Shown here piece by piece: positions 1 through 10,256 of a DNA stretch of 61,766 nucleotides. The notes under the pieces are model-generated. The model saw only the letters and a program-made list of their open reading frames with translations, searched no databases and had not been told where the DNA came from. The DNA is taken from the IMG/VR virus record IMGVR_UViG_3300029787_000034, positions 1 through 61,766 of that record, one strand, 5' to 3'. This DNA comes from a virus. Its lineage: Duplodnaviria; Caudoviricetes. Position numbers and translations under genes: made by a program. The number at the start of each line of letters is the position of its first letter. The first letter of the stretch is position 1.

Positions 1-1
1 G

Positions 2-601
2 AAAGCAGTCTTTGAGATCTTTCCAGACTTAAAATTTGAGAAGCAGCATACCAATTGGACTAATGACAAAGGTATTAATTTAACTGCAGACCTATACTCT
101 GGTCAGTATCTTATCAAGTCTAGACACGTAGACATTTGGAATGATAAATTAAACATCCACAACAATGTAATCTATCCTAAGACAGGACATAACCTTCCTT
201 GTTTTGGTATGGATCTTATGGGATTCTTTGAGAAGAAAGTTATAATAGTATTTGACTTCCAACATCCTGTAGAAAATTTCCTGTTTTCACATCCTGAGTT
301 ACCCAAAGCAGATGGTACATACAGGTTCTTCGAACCAGGTAATCACTTCTCCGAAAACATATACGTTAGATACTGTACTATGTCAGAGGTAAATGATCAT
401 CTACCGATGTTTATCAAATACCTTACCCTCTATAGAGATATGATAGAGGAAGCAAAACCTACTGGTGAAGATACAGATTTATATAAAGATTTTGATTCAT
501 ACATGATACGACTAGATCCTATATCTGGATACCTAGGTGGATCATTTGGTAAGGAAAGATCTGAAAAGTTAATCAAAGAATTCTTTTTTAGTTATGCATG
601 A
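2..601 (+). CDS. pebS: Phycoerythrobilin synthase (ferredoxin-dependent bilin reductase), 5'-truncated by window edge
   Basis: Frame is open from position 2. YPKTGHNLPCFGMDLM..KKVIIVFDFQHP, YRFFEPGNHFS and DFDSYMIRLDP match cyanophage PebS as I recall it. Confidence 0.92.
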   Translation, partial: KAVFEIFPDLKFEKQHTNWTNDKGINLTADLYSGQYLIKSRHVDIWNDKLNIHNNVIYPKTGHNLPCFGMDLMGFFEKKVIIVFDFQHPVENFLFSHPELPKADGTYRFFEPGNHFSENIYVRYCTMSEVNDHLPMFIKYLTLYRDMIEEAKPTGEDTDLYKDFDSYMIRLDPISGYLGGSFGKERSEKLIKEFFFSYA

Positions 602-1259
602 ACTTGTACAAGTCATACGTGATTCATGGGAGGGTCTAGACTTACAACCCTATGATACCCAGATGGATGAAATTAAAAAGGATGATCTGAGTATCAAGAA
701 TGAGATGTTTAAGTGTGATGGTCTACGTAGGGTACATCTAGAAACTGCAAAGGCAGGACCTCTAGAGATAGTTCACTCAGTATATTGGCCAGATCCACAC
801 TATAATATTCCGATCTTCGGGTGTGATATAGTCTCTGTGAACAATATAATTACTGCAGCAATAGTAGATGTGTCACCTATTAAGGGTGTAACAGCATTAA
901 ACAAAGACTTATCTAGGATATCTAACTCATATTCTTTTAAACAAAGGAGAGCAATACCTTCATGGGGTGACGATGTGTTCTCACCATTTGTTCAGTTTGT
1001 AAGACTGCAAGACGATTCGGAGAAAGAACAGTTCATTAGAATAGTCAAAGAATATCTAGAGGTATACTGTGCTCTAGTAAATAAGTCTCGTAAAGGAAGG
1101 AACTGGATAAAGACAATGATTAGATATAATGATCAGATATGGTACGCTAAATGTCAGAGAAAAAATAAGAAAACTATGCAGGTATTAACAAAATGGTTTG
1201 ACAAAGAGTGGGCAGAAGTGTATATTAATGATGTGCTGTTTGATATTCCTAAATATTAA
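594..1259 (+). CDS. pcyA: Phycocyanobilin:ferredoxin oxidoreductase
   Basis: RRVHLE..LEIVHSVYWPDPHYNIPIFGCDIV retains the PcyA His-Leu-Glu, His and Asp catalytic positions; also PSWGDDVFS and QRKNKKT. Confidence 0.88.
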   Translation: MHELVQVIRDSWEGLDLQPYDTQMDEIKKDDLSIKNEMFKCDGLRRVHLETAKAGPLEIVHSVYWPDPHYNIPIFGCDIVSVNNIITAAIVDVSPIKGVTALNKDLSRISNSYSFKQRRAIPSWGDDVFSPFVQFVRLQDDSEKEQFIRIVKEYLEVYCALVNKSRKGRNWIKTMIRYNDQIWYAKCQRKNKKTMQVLTKWFDKEWAEVYINDVLFDIPKY

Positions 1260-1260
1260 C

Positions 1261-1536
1261 ATGATTTTATTCTCATTCATCATATCATTATTTGCTAATC
1301 ATCTACCTGTGATGTACGTACAAGTACCACAGTGGGCAGATGATTGGGCAGTTTGTGCTGTAGACATACCTGATGCTAAGTGTCATTGGTATGTCATGTC
1401 ACCTGACAATACCTTCGGTGAAGGATTTGATTGGGAAGATGCACCATGGTTTGATGCAAGAGGACTCAATGATGTAGCACCTATGCAGAAAGAAACTGTA
1501 GTACAAAAATTACAACATCAGAATGACAAAAATTGA
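1261..1536 (+). CDS. Hypothetical cyanophage protein with hydrophobic N-terminus
   Basis: ATG just after the pcyA stop; signal-like N-terminus; Trp/Cys-rich body. Confidence 0.65.
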   Translation: MILFSFIISLFANHLPVMYVQVPQWADDWAVCAVDIPDAKCHWYVMSPDNTFGEGFDWEDAPWFDARGLNDVAPMQKETVVQKLQHQNDKN

Positions 1537-1747
1537 TTGGGATCACAACAATGGTATTGTTACCATGGTTCCTTTAACTAGAGAAGAATTAGAATGTGTA
1601 AGAGTATGTGTAGCAAATGCACCTATACCTTATGACATTAGTCAGAAGAAGATACCTGGTGATATATTGCAAAAAATAGGACGACCTGCTAAAGTAGAGC
1701 ATGTAGGAGAAATCCTAGTTGATTGTGATCTAACCAAGTATGAGTAG
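1523..1747 (+). CDS. Hypothetical protein
   Basis: ORF overlaps neighbours in a packed operon. Confidence 0.6.
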   Translation: MTKIDWDHNNGIVTMVPLTREELECVRVCVANAPIPYDISQKKIPGDILQKIGRPAKVEHVGEILVDCDLTKYE

Positions 1748-2213
1748 TATAGTTTTTAGAAAGCATCGTGTGTTTAAAGAAACAGATGATGTTACCTTCT
1801 ATGATATATCTGTAGAAGAATGTAATGCAACAGACCTTGTAGTACATAAAGGTGCTGCCACATCACCCCCAGATGATTTTGTGGGTGCTAAACAATTTTA
1901 TATACATCGATATCAAGATGATTACAACAGAGTCATTGATGGTGAGAGAACTTTTGAGATAGTAAACTCTAACTTTAAATGTCCCTATCATATAATACAT
2001 CTGAGAAGACAAAGTGGTGCGTTATATCTACCAAGAGGTACATACCACAGGTCTACATCAGGAGAGAATGGTTCTATTGTAATCAATCAGGCACATAGAT
2101 ACGAAGATTTTAATGCTGAGACGGAGTTCATTCCTATATCAGCAGCAGAAGATAAAGAATTATATGATATACTAAAGAATGAAAACCCTGTTATCCACAC
2201 TATAGGCGAATGA
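1740..2213 (+). CDS. Cupin-fold protein (cyanobacterial/cyanophage family often mislabelled hemagglutinin-neuraminidase)
   Basis: QFYIHRYQDD and LYLPRGTYHRS cupin-like His motifs. Confidence 0.6.
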   Translation: MSSIVFRKHRVFKETDDVTFYDISVEECNATDLVVHKGAATSPPDDFVGAKQFYIHRYQDDYNRVIDGERTFEIVNSNFKCPYHIIHLRRQSGALYLPRGTYHRSTSGENGSIVINQAHRYEDFNAETEFIPISAAEDKELYDILKNENPVIHTIGE

Positions 2214-2413
2214 CTGATCCAAGTTTGCTTCATGTAGCATGTATAGACTCACACAACACCAGTTATTTTTATAAGAGAGAAGATGGTACATACTATTGGT
2301 TACATGCTCGTAAGAATAAGGATGATGCAATAGTAGATGCAGATGAATTGCAATTAAATATGCTAGGTGACGTAGAATTAACTAACGATCAAATATTAGA
2401 AGCATGCAAGTAG
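2210..2413 (+). CDS. Hypothetical protein
   Basis: ATGA overlap with the upstream gene. Confidence 0.6.
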   Translation: MTDPSLLHVACIDSHNTSYFYKREDGTYYWLHARKNKDDAIVDADELQLNMLGDVELTNDQILEACK

Positions 2414-2532
2414 TCTGGGGAGTTAATATTATGGTTGGGATACTTCTCATAATAGTTACTTGGTATATCGTCTATATACTAAAGATGAGCTTTGCGGAGA
2501 TGAATGATGGGAGCGATGATTCCACCAAGTAG
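2404..2532 (+). CDS. Small single-TM protein (42 aa), not in ORF track
   Basis: MQVVWGVNIMVGILLIIVTWYIVYILKMSF...; fills the gap between two genes. Confidence 0.55.
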   Translation: MQVVWGVNIMVGILLIIVTWYIVYILKMSFAEMNDGSDDSTK

Positions 2533-2971
2533 GAAGTCCTGCTATAACTTTAGAGTAACGGAGATTAATCGTGTTGTTGACGGGGATACTATTGATGTCA
2601 CCATTGATTTGGGGTTTGATTTATACAAGAAAGAAAGAGTTAGAATTGCAGGAATTGATACGCCAGAGAAAAGAACAAGAGACTTGGAAGAGAAGGCATT
2701 GGGAATAGATGCAACTAACTGGATGAAAGCAACGTTGGAGGATACTTTGAGTGGAGAGCACGAACTTACTATCAGAACCGAACTTAAAGGTGGCATGGGT
2801 AAGTATGGTAGGCTTCTTGGTTGGTTATACATTGGCGATGATACTGTATCACTCAATGAACAGATGATTAAAGAAGGTTATGCGTGGGAGTATGACGGAG
2901 GTACAAAGAAAAAGAACTTCGAGGAACTACGTGAGATACGTAGGAGTCAAGGTACTCTACCAAATGGATAG
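2504..2971 (+). CDS. Staphylococcal-nuclease (thermonuclease)-like protein
   Basis: RVVDGDTIDV, RVRIAGIDTPE, GKYGRLLG and LNEQMIKEGYA SNase motifs. Confidence 0.85.
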   Translation: MMGAMIPPSRKSCYNFRVTEINRVVDGDTIDVTIDLGFDLYKKERVRIAGIDTPEKRTRDLEEKALGIDATNWMKATLEDTLSGEHELTIRTELKGGMGKYGRLLGWLYIGDDTVSLNEQMIKEGYAWEYDGGTKKKNFEELREIRRSQGTLPNG

Positions 2972-3125
2972 TACTAGGTGGTCTGCCCAAGTAAAATATG
3001 CGTCTAACCGACTGGTAAAGGTTGAGTTTCTCTGTGAATCTAACCTACGTCAGGATGCTGAACAGAAATGTAGAGCACTATTCGGCACCGATGACATCAG
3101 ACAATTAAAGAGGGAATGGTCTTAA
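2964..3125 (+). CDS. Hypothetical protein (53 aa)
   Basis: ATG at 2964 overlaps the nuclease end; stop abuts the g17 start. Confidence 0.55.
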   Translation: MDSTRWSAQVKYASNRLVKVEFLCESNLRQDAEQKCRALFGTDDIRQLKREWS

Positions 3126-4799
3126 ATGGCTAACGAAAATGTATATCTAGGTAACCCCAACCTTAAAAAGGCGAACGTTGCAACTAACTTTACACCCGAA
3201 CAGGTGCAAGAGTTTATTAAGTGCAGCCAAGATCCTGTACATTTTATTAGAACACACATTAGAATTGTGTCACTGGATAAAGGTTTGATACCTTTTGACC
3301 TGTATGATTTCCAAGAGGGCATGGTACAGAAGTTTCATGATGACAGATTTAACATAGCAAAGTTACCACGACAGTCTGGTAAATCTACAGTCGTTACATC
3401 ATACTTGCTATGGTATGTACTGTTTAATGATAATGTGAACGTAGCAATACTTGCTAACAAAGCAGCAACTGCTAGGGAGATGCTTGGAAGGTTACAACTT
3501 TCCTATGAAAACTTACCTAAGTGGATGCAACAAGGTATTGTGGGGTGGAACAAAGGAAGTTTGGAGTTGGAAAATGGATCTAAAATCCTTGCTGCAAGTA
3601 CTAGTGCAAGTGCTGTTAGGGGTATGTCGTTTAATGTTATATTTCTGGATGAATTCGCTTTCATTCCGAATCATATCGCTGATCAGTTCTTTAGTTCTGT
3701 ATATCCTACTATCTCATCTGGTAAATCTACCAAGGTTATCATCATTAGTACACCTCACGGGATGAACATGTTCTACAAACTCTGGCATGATGCCGAGAGA
3801 GGTAAGAACGAGTACACGACAACGGAGGTTCACTGGTCACAAGTACCAGGTAGAGATGCCGACTGGAAAGAACAAACGATAGCCAACACATCGGAAGAAC
3901 AATTCCGAGTTGAGTTTGAGTGTGAGTTCCTAGGATCTGTTGATACATTGATATCAGCATCTAAATTAAGGACTATGACCTATGAAGATCCTATTACAAG
4001 CAATAAAGGTTTAGATGTATACATCAAACCAGAGAAAGAACATCAATATACCATCACTGTAGACGTTGCTAGGGGTGTAACTAAGGATTATAGTGCCTTT
4101 TGCGTGATAGATACGACAACAATACCGTATCAACTAGTAGCCAAGTACCGAAACAACACAATAAAACCATTATTATTCCCAAATATCATACATGAAGTGG
4201 CATGTGCGTACAATCATGCGTATATTCTTGTAGAAATTAATGATATTGGTGCACAGATAGGAGATATTTTACAATTTGATCTAGAATATGACAATCTATT
4301 GATGTCTGCTATGCGTGGACGTGCAGGACAGGTCATCGGACAAGGATTTAGTGGTACAAAAGTACAACTAGGTGTTAAAATGTCCACTACAGTTAAGAAA
4401 ACTGGGTGTTCTAACCTAAAACAATTACTAGAGGACGACAAACTACTATTAAATGACTATCAAATTATCTCAGAACTCACAACCTTCATCCAAAAAGGAC
4501 AAGCATGGGAAGCCGAAGAGGGTTGTAATGATGATCTTGCTATGTGCTTGGTTATCTTTAGTTGGTTGGCAACTTCCGACTATTTTAAAGAACTTCACGA
4601 CAACGATGTAAGAGCAAGGATGTATAAAGAGCAAAGGGAAGGTATCGAACAGGATATGGCACCCTTTGGATTCGTTGATGATGGTCTAGGTGAAGAAACA
4701 TTCGTAGATAAAGAAGGAGATGTGTGGCAAACTAATAATAGACCTGATGTTATGGATGAGTATGGTAATAAATCCTATATGTGGGAGTATCTATCATGA
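3126..4799 (+). CDS. g17: Terminase large subunit gp17
   Basis: YLGNPNLK, Walker A PRQSGKST, Walker B IFLDEFAF, ISTPHG, nuclease-domain NDDLAM. Confidence 0.97.
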   Translation: MANENVYLGNPNLKKANVATNFTPEQVQEFIKCSQDPVHFIRTHIRIVSLDKGLIPFDLYDFQEGMVQKFHDDRFNIAKLPRQSGKSTVVTSYLLWYVLFNDNVNVAILANKAATAREMLGRLQLSYENLPKWMQQGIVGWNKGSLELENGSKILAASTSASAVRGMSFNVIFLDEFAFIPNHIADQFFSSVYPTISSGKSTKVIIISTPHGMNMFYKLWHDAERGKNEYTTTEVHWSQVPGRDADWKEQTIANTSEEQFRVEFECEFLGSVDTLISASKLRTMTYEDPITSNKGLDVYIKPEKEHQYTITVDVARGVTKDYSAFCVIDTTTIPYQLVAKYRNNTIKPLLFPNIIHEVACAYNHAYILVEINDIGAQIGDILQFDLEYDNLLMSAMRGRAGQVIGQGFSGTKVQLGVKMSTTVKKTGCSNLKQLLEDDKLLLNDYQIISELTTFIQKGQAWEAEEGCNDDLAMCLVIFSWLATSDYFKELHDNDVRARMYKEQREGIEQDMAPFGFVDDGLGEETFVDKEGDVWQTNNRPDVMDEYGNKSYMWEYLS

Positions 4800-5035
4800 A
4801 TGAAGCATACACAGAAGTTCAGAAACTAGTAGAGTTCGAACATCTGATGTTTAAAGAAAGAGTTTGTCGTGTATGTGGTAAAGAGAAGTCTTTATTGGAT
4901 GATTTCTACATGACACACAGAGATAGAGGTAGTAGTTTGACTGCCTTCTCATATGAATGTAAAGTATGTACAATAAAGAGAACAGCAAGGAGAGGAAAGG
5001 TAAAAGAAGAAGTAGATTTATATCCAGACTGGTAG
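4796..5035 (+). CDS. Small Zn-finger protein (CxxC...CxxC)
   Basis: CRVCGKEK...DFY...YECKVC resembles the zinc module of endonuclease VII/HNH-associated proteins. Confidence 0.6.
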   Translation: MNEAYTEVQKLVEFEHLMFKERVCRVCGKEKSLLDDFYMTHRDRGSSLTAFSYECKVCTIKRTARRGKVKEEVDLYPDW

Positions 5036-5072
5036 CTTCCCCAAAATTTCCCCGTGTAAAGTAACTATTTTC

Positions 5073-5078
5073 TAAATA
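5073..5078 (+). promoter_or_regulatory. T4-like late promoter (TAAATA) for g18
   Basis: CTAAATA about 45 nt upstream of the g18 ATG. The same hexamer precedes g20 (8576), 10230, g22 (11132), 13668, g3 (14805), 32700, 33722, 51660, 54202 and 55009. Confidence 0.75.
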
Positions 5079-5120
5079 TTAGTAGCATTCCAGTCACTGA
5101 CTAATAACGGAGTATAACAG

Positions 5121-7919
5121 ATGGCAAGCACACAAGCATCACCAGGTGTTGTCGTACTAGAAAGAGATCTGACCCATACCACCAACGCAACGGTTGATAA
5201 CGTTGCTGCGATATGTGGGGCATTTGAGAAAGGACCTGTAGAAGAAGTCCAAACTATTTCTAGCGAAAGAGAATTAATTGACACTTTTGGTAAACCGAAC
5301 GATTACAACTATGAGTATTGGTTCTCAGCAGCACAGTTTCTACTATATGGTGGATCTGTTAAGATTGTTAGATCAGATAACTCATCACTAAAGAACGCAA
5401 TCGATGCAACTACTATAATATCAACTTCTTTTAGTGCAACTGATACAACCCTTACAGTTATATCTGCAACAGGATTTGACATCAATGACTACATCAAGAT
5501 TGATGCTGAGATATTAAAAGTTACTGCAATATCAGGTAATGATGTTACCGTAACTCGTGGAGCATGGAGCACATCTGCTGTATCTCACGCTTCAGCATCA
5601 CAGATCACACTTATAGAACCAGCTGGAACTGCTTCTACTGTAAATGAAGGTGGTACTTACACTGATTCAGATACAACTCTTACAGTTACTTCTGCATCTA
5701 CATTGGGTGTACAGAATAACAGTTACATCTTAATCGATACTGAGATTTTACAGGTAACAAACATTTCTACTAATGATCTTACAGTTACACGTGGTGCTCT
5801 AGGTACAACTGCAGCAGCACACACTGACGGATCTGCGGTATCTTTACAGACAGTTACTACAAACAAGACCACAATAAACGAAGAAACTTCTTCAGGTGTT
5901 ACGCCACCTATCATTAAGAACATCCAGACTTACGAAAGTACTACGGAAGATGCTTCTAATGACTTTAAGTGGGCAGCAAGAACACCAGGTATCTACGGAA
6001 ACTCAGTAAGAGTTATCGCTACAGACGCTGGTCCTGACCAAGTTCTTTGGTTAACTGCTCCTTCATCAGGTAATGAGTGGAAGTTTACATCAGGAAAAGG
6101 TGTTAACGTAAGTGCTTCTAACGTAACATCTAAAGTTTATAGTTACTCTTTAATAGTTACATTCGAAGCAGGATCTAACTTAGTTGGATCATTCGAAGCA
6201 GATAACTTCTACACTGCTGTTGCAGGAAACGTAACAGGTAGAGTAGTTGCTTATGATGCATCCTCTAGAAGGATCGAACTATCAGTTGATGACACTGGTT
6301 CTGACTACCTAGAAGTTGGAGACACAGTTACTGAACTAGCAAACAGTGGTGGATCAGCAGGATCTGCAACTGGAGACAGTGCAGTCGTTTCTAAGATTCA
6401 GAGAAGACTAACAGTTGCAAACAACGAAGGATCAGAAAAGTTTGCTGCTAACATGGTGATTAAGGATTCTTCCACACTATCATCTGACATCAACGCAGGT
6501 GACAACGTAACTATCTCTGCTATAGAAGATGAGTACGATTCACGTTACTATGGTCCTAACCAGAAATGGTCAGCAATCGCACCTAGACCTGGTACTTCAC
6601 AGTACGCAGCAGATCGTGGTGGTTTCAGAGACCTAATGCACATCTTAGTTATTGATGGAGACGGTGGTATCACTGGTGTACCTGGATCTGTTCTAGAAAA
6701 ATTCCTAGACGTATCTAAAGCATCTGATGCTAAGTCACCTCAAGGACAGAACTTATACTACAAGGATGTAATCAAACTCAACTCCACATACACATGGTGG
6801 GGTTCACATGAAGCAATCTTGATCTTCGATGTTGACAGCAATGCAACAGGAGATATTGGTAGTTCATCAACAAACAGAAAGTTTGACCTATTAAAGAACA
6901 ACTCTGCAATCTTAAGTGCAGATGATCCAACAGGTGCTAACCCTTCTGCTATCCCTTTACTATACACTAAGAATTCTTCTACTGTTAAGTACAGTCTTCG
7001 TGGTGGAGTTGACGGATACACACTAGACAAAGATAAGTTATTTGATTCATATGACTTATTCTCTGATCAGGAAACAATCGAGATCGATTACGTTCTCATG
7101 GGTCCTGCGATGAGCAACCTTACAGACAGTACAGCAAAAGCACAAAAGATGCTTGACATCGCTGCAGTACGTAAGGATTGCATGGCATTCATATCACCTC
7201 CAAGAGATAGAGTGATAGGAGTACCAAGCACAAACACTATCGTGGATCGTGTTATTGAGTTCTTTGATTCATTATCTTCTACATCTTACGGTGTGTTCGA
7301 TAATAACTACAAGTACATATATGACAAGTACACTGATAAATATAGATACTTACCATGTAATGCTGACATTGCAGGACTAACATTAAGTACAGCACTTAAT
7401 CAAGAACCATGGTTCTCACCTGCAGGATTCTCTAGAGGACAATTACGTAACGCTATTAAACTAGCATACTCACCTCTAAAAGAACAGAGAGACAGATTAT
7501 ACTCTGCAAGAGTTAACCCAATCTGCTCCTTCCCAGGACAAGGCATCGTACTTTACGGTGACAAAACTGCTCAAGGCATTGCGAGTGCATTCGATAGAAT
7601 TAACGTTCGTCGTTTATTCCTTGTAATTGAGAGAGCAATCTCAGTTGCTGCTAAGTCACAACTCTTCGAAATGAATGATGAGTTCACCAGACAAGGATTT
7701 AAGAACATAGTTGTTCCTTATCTTAGAGGTGTTCAGGCAAGACGTGGTGTTGTAGACTTCTTGGTTGTGTGTGATGAGACAAACAACCCTGCAGATGCAG
7801 TTGACAGAGGAGAGTTCTTCGCTGAGATCTTCGTAAAACCTACAAGATCAATCAACTTCATTACACTACAATTCACAGCTACGAGGACAGGTGCTTCGTT
7901 CGCTGAAATCGTATCTTAA
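5121..7919 (+). CDS. g18: Tail sheath protein gp18, enlarged (932 aa) by inserted domains
   Basis: SPGVVVLERDLT N-terminus; PWFSPAG, SAFDRINVRRLF and KPTRSINFI C-terminus. Confidence 0.96.
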   Translation: MASTQASPGVVVLERDLTHTTNATVDNVAAICGAFEKGPVEEVQTISSERELIDTFGKPNDYNYEYWFSAAQFLLYGGSVKIVRSDNSSLKNAIDATTIISTSFSATDTTLTVISATGFDINDYIKIDAEILKVTAISGNDVTVTRGAWSTSAVSHASASQITLIEPAGTASTVNEGGTYTDSDTTLTVTSASTLGVQNNSYILIDTEILQVTNISTNDLTVTRGALGTTAAAHTDGSAVSLQTVTTNKTTINEETSSGVTPPIIKNIQTYESTTEDASNDFKWAARTPGIYGNSVRVIATDAGPDQVLWLTAPSSGNEWKFTSGKGVNVSASNVTSKVYSYSLIVTFEAGSNLVGSFEADNFYTAVAGNVTGRVVAYDASSRRIELSVDDTGSDYLEVGDTVTELANSGGSAGSATGDSAVVSKIQRRLTVANNEGSEKFAANMVIKDSSTLSSDINAGDNVTISAIEDEYDSRYYGPNQKWSAIAPRPGTSQYAADRGGFRDLMHILVIDGDGGITGVPGSVLEKFLDVSKASDAKSPQGQNLYYKDVIKLNSTYTWWGSHEAILIFDVDSNATGDIGSSSTNRKFDLLKNNSAILSADDPTGANPSAIPLLYTKNSSTVKYSLRGGVDGYTLDKDKLFDSYDLFSDQETIEIDYVLMGPAMSNLTDSTAKAQKMLDIAAVRKDCMAFISPPRDRVIGVPSTNTIVDRVIEFFDSLSSTSYGVFDNNYKYIYDKYTDKYRYLPCNADIAGLTLSTALNQEPWFSPAGFSRGQLRNAIKLAYSPLKEQRDRLYSARVNPICSFPGQGIVLYGDKTAQGIASAFDRINVRRLFLVIERAISVAAKSQLFEMNDEFTRQGFKNIVVPYLRGVQARRGVVDFLVVCDETNNPADAVDRGEFFAEIFVKPTRSINFITLQFTATRTGASFAEIVS

Positions 7920-7938
7920 TTCCCGTTAGGTAAAAACA

Positions 7939-8559
7939 ATGCCAGACCAACTTAAAAAAAGTATATTAGACTTTAGAACCCAGATCGGTGAGCTAGCACG
8001 CCCCAATCTGTTCCAAGTCCAACTATCATTTCCTACTATAGGAACTGATGGTTCACTTGCAGGTGGAAACACACAAGACGATGCTGATAAAGAACCGTCT
8101 TTCGTATCCACAGATGGTACACAACTAAGTACCTTTATGATCAAAGCAGCACAGTTACCTGCATCTACAATAGGTGTAGTCAACGTTCCTTTCAGAGGAA
8201 GACAGCTTAAGATTGCAGGAGACAGAACATTCGAACCATGGACTATCACAGTTCTAAACGACGAAGAGTTCAGACTCCGTAGACAGTTCGAAGCATGGGC
8301 AGCAGCAATCCAAGACTATAGACTTAACATCTCAGGTAGTACTAACATTGGTAGTTACCAGACAGATGCTAGAGTTCAGCAGTTTAACAGAAAGGGTGTT
8401 AAATCAAAAGAATACCATTTCGAATCAATCTGGCCATCAAACATTTCCGCAATCGATCTAGATTGGGAAAGTAATGATACTCCAGAAGAGTATACTGTAG
8501 AGTTCCAAGTACAATACTGGACACCAGTGAACATGAGCAACACTGCTAACACAGACTAG
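7939..8559 (+). CDS. g19: Tail tube protein gp19
   Basis: ARPNLFQV, PFRGRQLKIAGDRTFEPWTITVLND, EEYTVEFQVQYW. Confidence 0.95.
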   Translation: MPDQLKKSILDFRTQIGELARPNLFQVQLSFPTIGTDGSLAGGNTQDDADKEPSFVSTDGTQLSTFMIKAAQLPASTIGVVNVPFRGRQLKIAGDRTFEPWTITVLNDEEFRLRRQFEAWAAAIQDYRLNISGSTNIGSYQTDARVQQFNRKGVKSKEYHFESIWPSNISAIDLDWESNDTPEEYTVEFQVQYWTPVNMSNTANTD

Positions 8560-8612
8560 CATTGTTAAAACTTGATAAATATGTTATGATACAGTAAACA
8601 CGGGAATATTTG

Positions 8613-10232
8613 ATGTCTCAATTATTTGGTTATTCGTTAGATAGAAAGAAGGCTAAGGGTACGAAAAGTACCGAGCCTTCTTTTGTGCGTAAGGAATCAG
8701 AAGATGCTGCGAGTCCAATAGTTGCAGGTGGTTATTTTGGTCAGTATGTAGAGATGGGTGACGCTGCTAATAAAGCAAGCGAAGCTGATCTTATTGGTCG
8801 TTATAGAGAAATGTCTCTTCATCCAGAAGCAGACTCTGCAATCAACGACGTAGTAAACGAAGCAATAGCAGGAGATCTTAACGATCACCCTGTAGATATA
8901 GATCTACAAAACCTAAAAGTTTCTCAGAATCTAAGGAATGTTATACGACAGGAGTTCGAAAACGTTTTAGTTCTATTAGATTTTGATAGGAAAGCGTATG
9001 ATATATTCAGAAGATGGTACATAGATGGTAGATTATTCTATCATAAGATGATTAATGTAGATGATCCTGCACAAGGAATCACAGAATTAAGATACATTGA
9101 CCCTCGTAAAATTAAAAAAGTTATAGAGTTTGATAAACCTAAGGATAGACAAGCAGTCATAGATCCAGAAGTATCAACTTTAGTACCTAAGTCAATTGAG
9201 TATTACATCTACTCACCCAAAGGACTTAAGGGATATGAGAATAACGGAGTAAGAATTGCACCTGACGCAATCACATATGTTCACTCAGGACAAATGGATA
9301 TGCAGAGGAACTATGTTCTTTCTCATCTACATAAAGCAATCAAAGCACTTAATCAACTTAGAATGATTGAGGACAGTTTGGTTATATATAGATTGTCTCG
9401 TGCACCAGAAAGGAGAATATTCTACATCGATGTAGGTAATCTTCCTAAGCAAAAAGCAGAACAATACCTCCGTGAGGTTATGTCCCGCTATAGAAACAAG
9501 TTAGTATATAATGCTGACACTGGTGAGATAAGAGACGACAAGAAATTCATGTCTATGCTAGAAGACTTCTGGTTACCTAGACGTGAAGGTGGTAGAGGAA
9601 CTGAAATAACAACTCTACCTGGCGGACAGAATCTAGGTGAACTAGAGGACGTAAAGTATTTCCAAAAGAAATTATACCGTTCACTCAATGTACCTGAGTC
9701 CAGATTAGAATCTGAATCCTCATTTAACATTGGACGTAGTGCAGAGATAACAAGGGATGAAGTTAAGTTCCAGAAGTTTATTGTTAGACTGCGTAAGAAG
9801 TTTACTGATCTCTTTAACGATCTACTCAAGACACAGTTAATACTGAAGGGTGTTATAAGTATCGATGAGTGGGATGAGTTTAAAGAGCACATCCAATATA
9901 GTTTCATTGCTGACAACTATTTCTCTGAAATGAAAGAGAAGGAAGTAATGAATGAGAGGATGGGTCTCATGCAACAGATGGATCCTTTTGTCGGTAAGTA
10001 CTTCAGTTTAGAGTATATGCGTCGCTATATACTTAAGCAAACTGATGCTGAGTTCGGTGAAATAGACGAACAAATGGCGAATGAGATCAAGGCTGGACTA
10101 GTTGTACCTCCTGCGGAGCTTGCTCAGTTAGAGAAACAACAGATGGAAATGGCAGCGATGCCTCCCGAACCAGAACCAGTAGAAGAGGAGCCAACTATGG
10201 ATCCTAAGGATTATAAAAAGGGAGATATCTAA
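8613..10232 (+). CDS. g20: Portal vertex protein gp20
   Basis: RRWYIDGR, YRLSRAPERRIFYIDVGNLPK, EDFWLPRREGGRGTEITTLPGG. Confidence 0.98.
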   Translation: MSQLFGYSLDRKKAKGTKSTEPSFVRKESEDAASPIVAGGYFGQYVEMGDAANKASEADLIGRYREMSLHPEADSAINDVVNEAIAGDLNDHPVDIDLQNLKVSQNLRNVIRQEFENVLVLLDFDRKAYDIFRRWYIDGRLFYHKMINVDDPAQGITELRYIDPRKIKKVIEFDKPKDRQAVIDPEVSTLVPKSIEYYIYSPKGLKGYENNGVRIAPDAITYVHSGQMDMQRNYVLSHLHKAIKALNQLRMIEDSLVIYRLSRAPERRIFYIDVGNLPKQKAEQYLREVMSRYRNKLVYNADTGEIRDDKKFMSMLEDFWLPRREGGRGTEITTLPGGQNLGELEDVKYFQKKLYRSLNVPESRLESESSFNIGRSAEITRDEVKFQKFIVRLRKKFTDLFNDLLKTQLILKGVISIDEWDEFKEHIQYSFIADNYFSEMKEKEVMNERMGLMQQMDPFVGKYFSLEYMRRYILKQTDAEFGEIDEQMANEIKAGLVVPPAELAQLEKQQMEMAAMPPEPEPVEEEPTMDPKDYKKGDI

Positions 10233-10256
10233 ATAATAAGTATAGAGAACTAAATT

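Noticed and set aside
1740-2213. Hemagglutinin-neuraminidase function
   Set aside because: This is a legacy label; the sequence shows cupin-like His motifs and no sialidase features.
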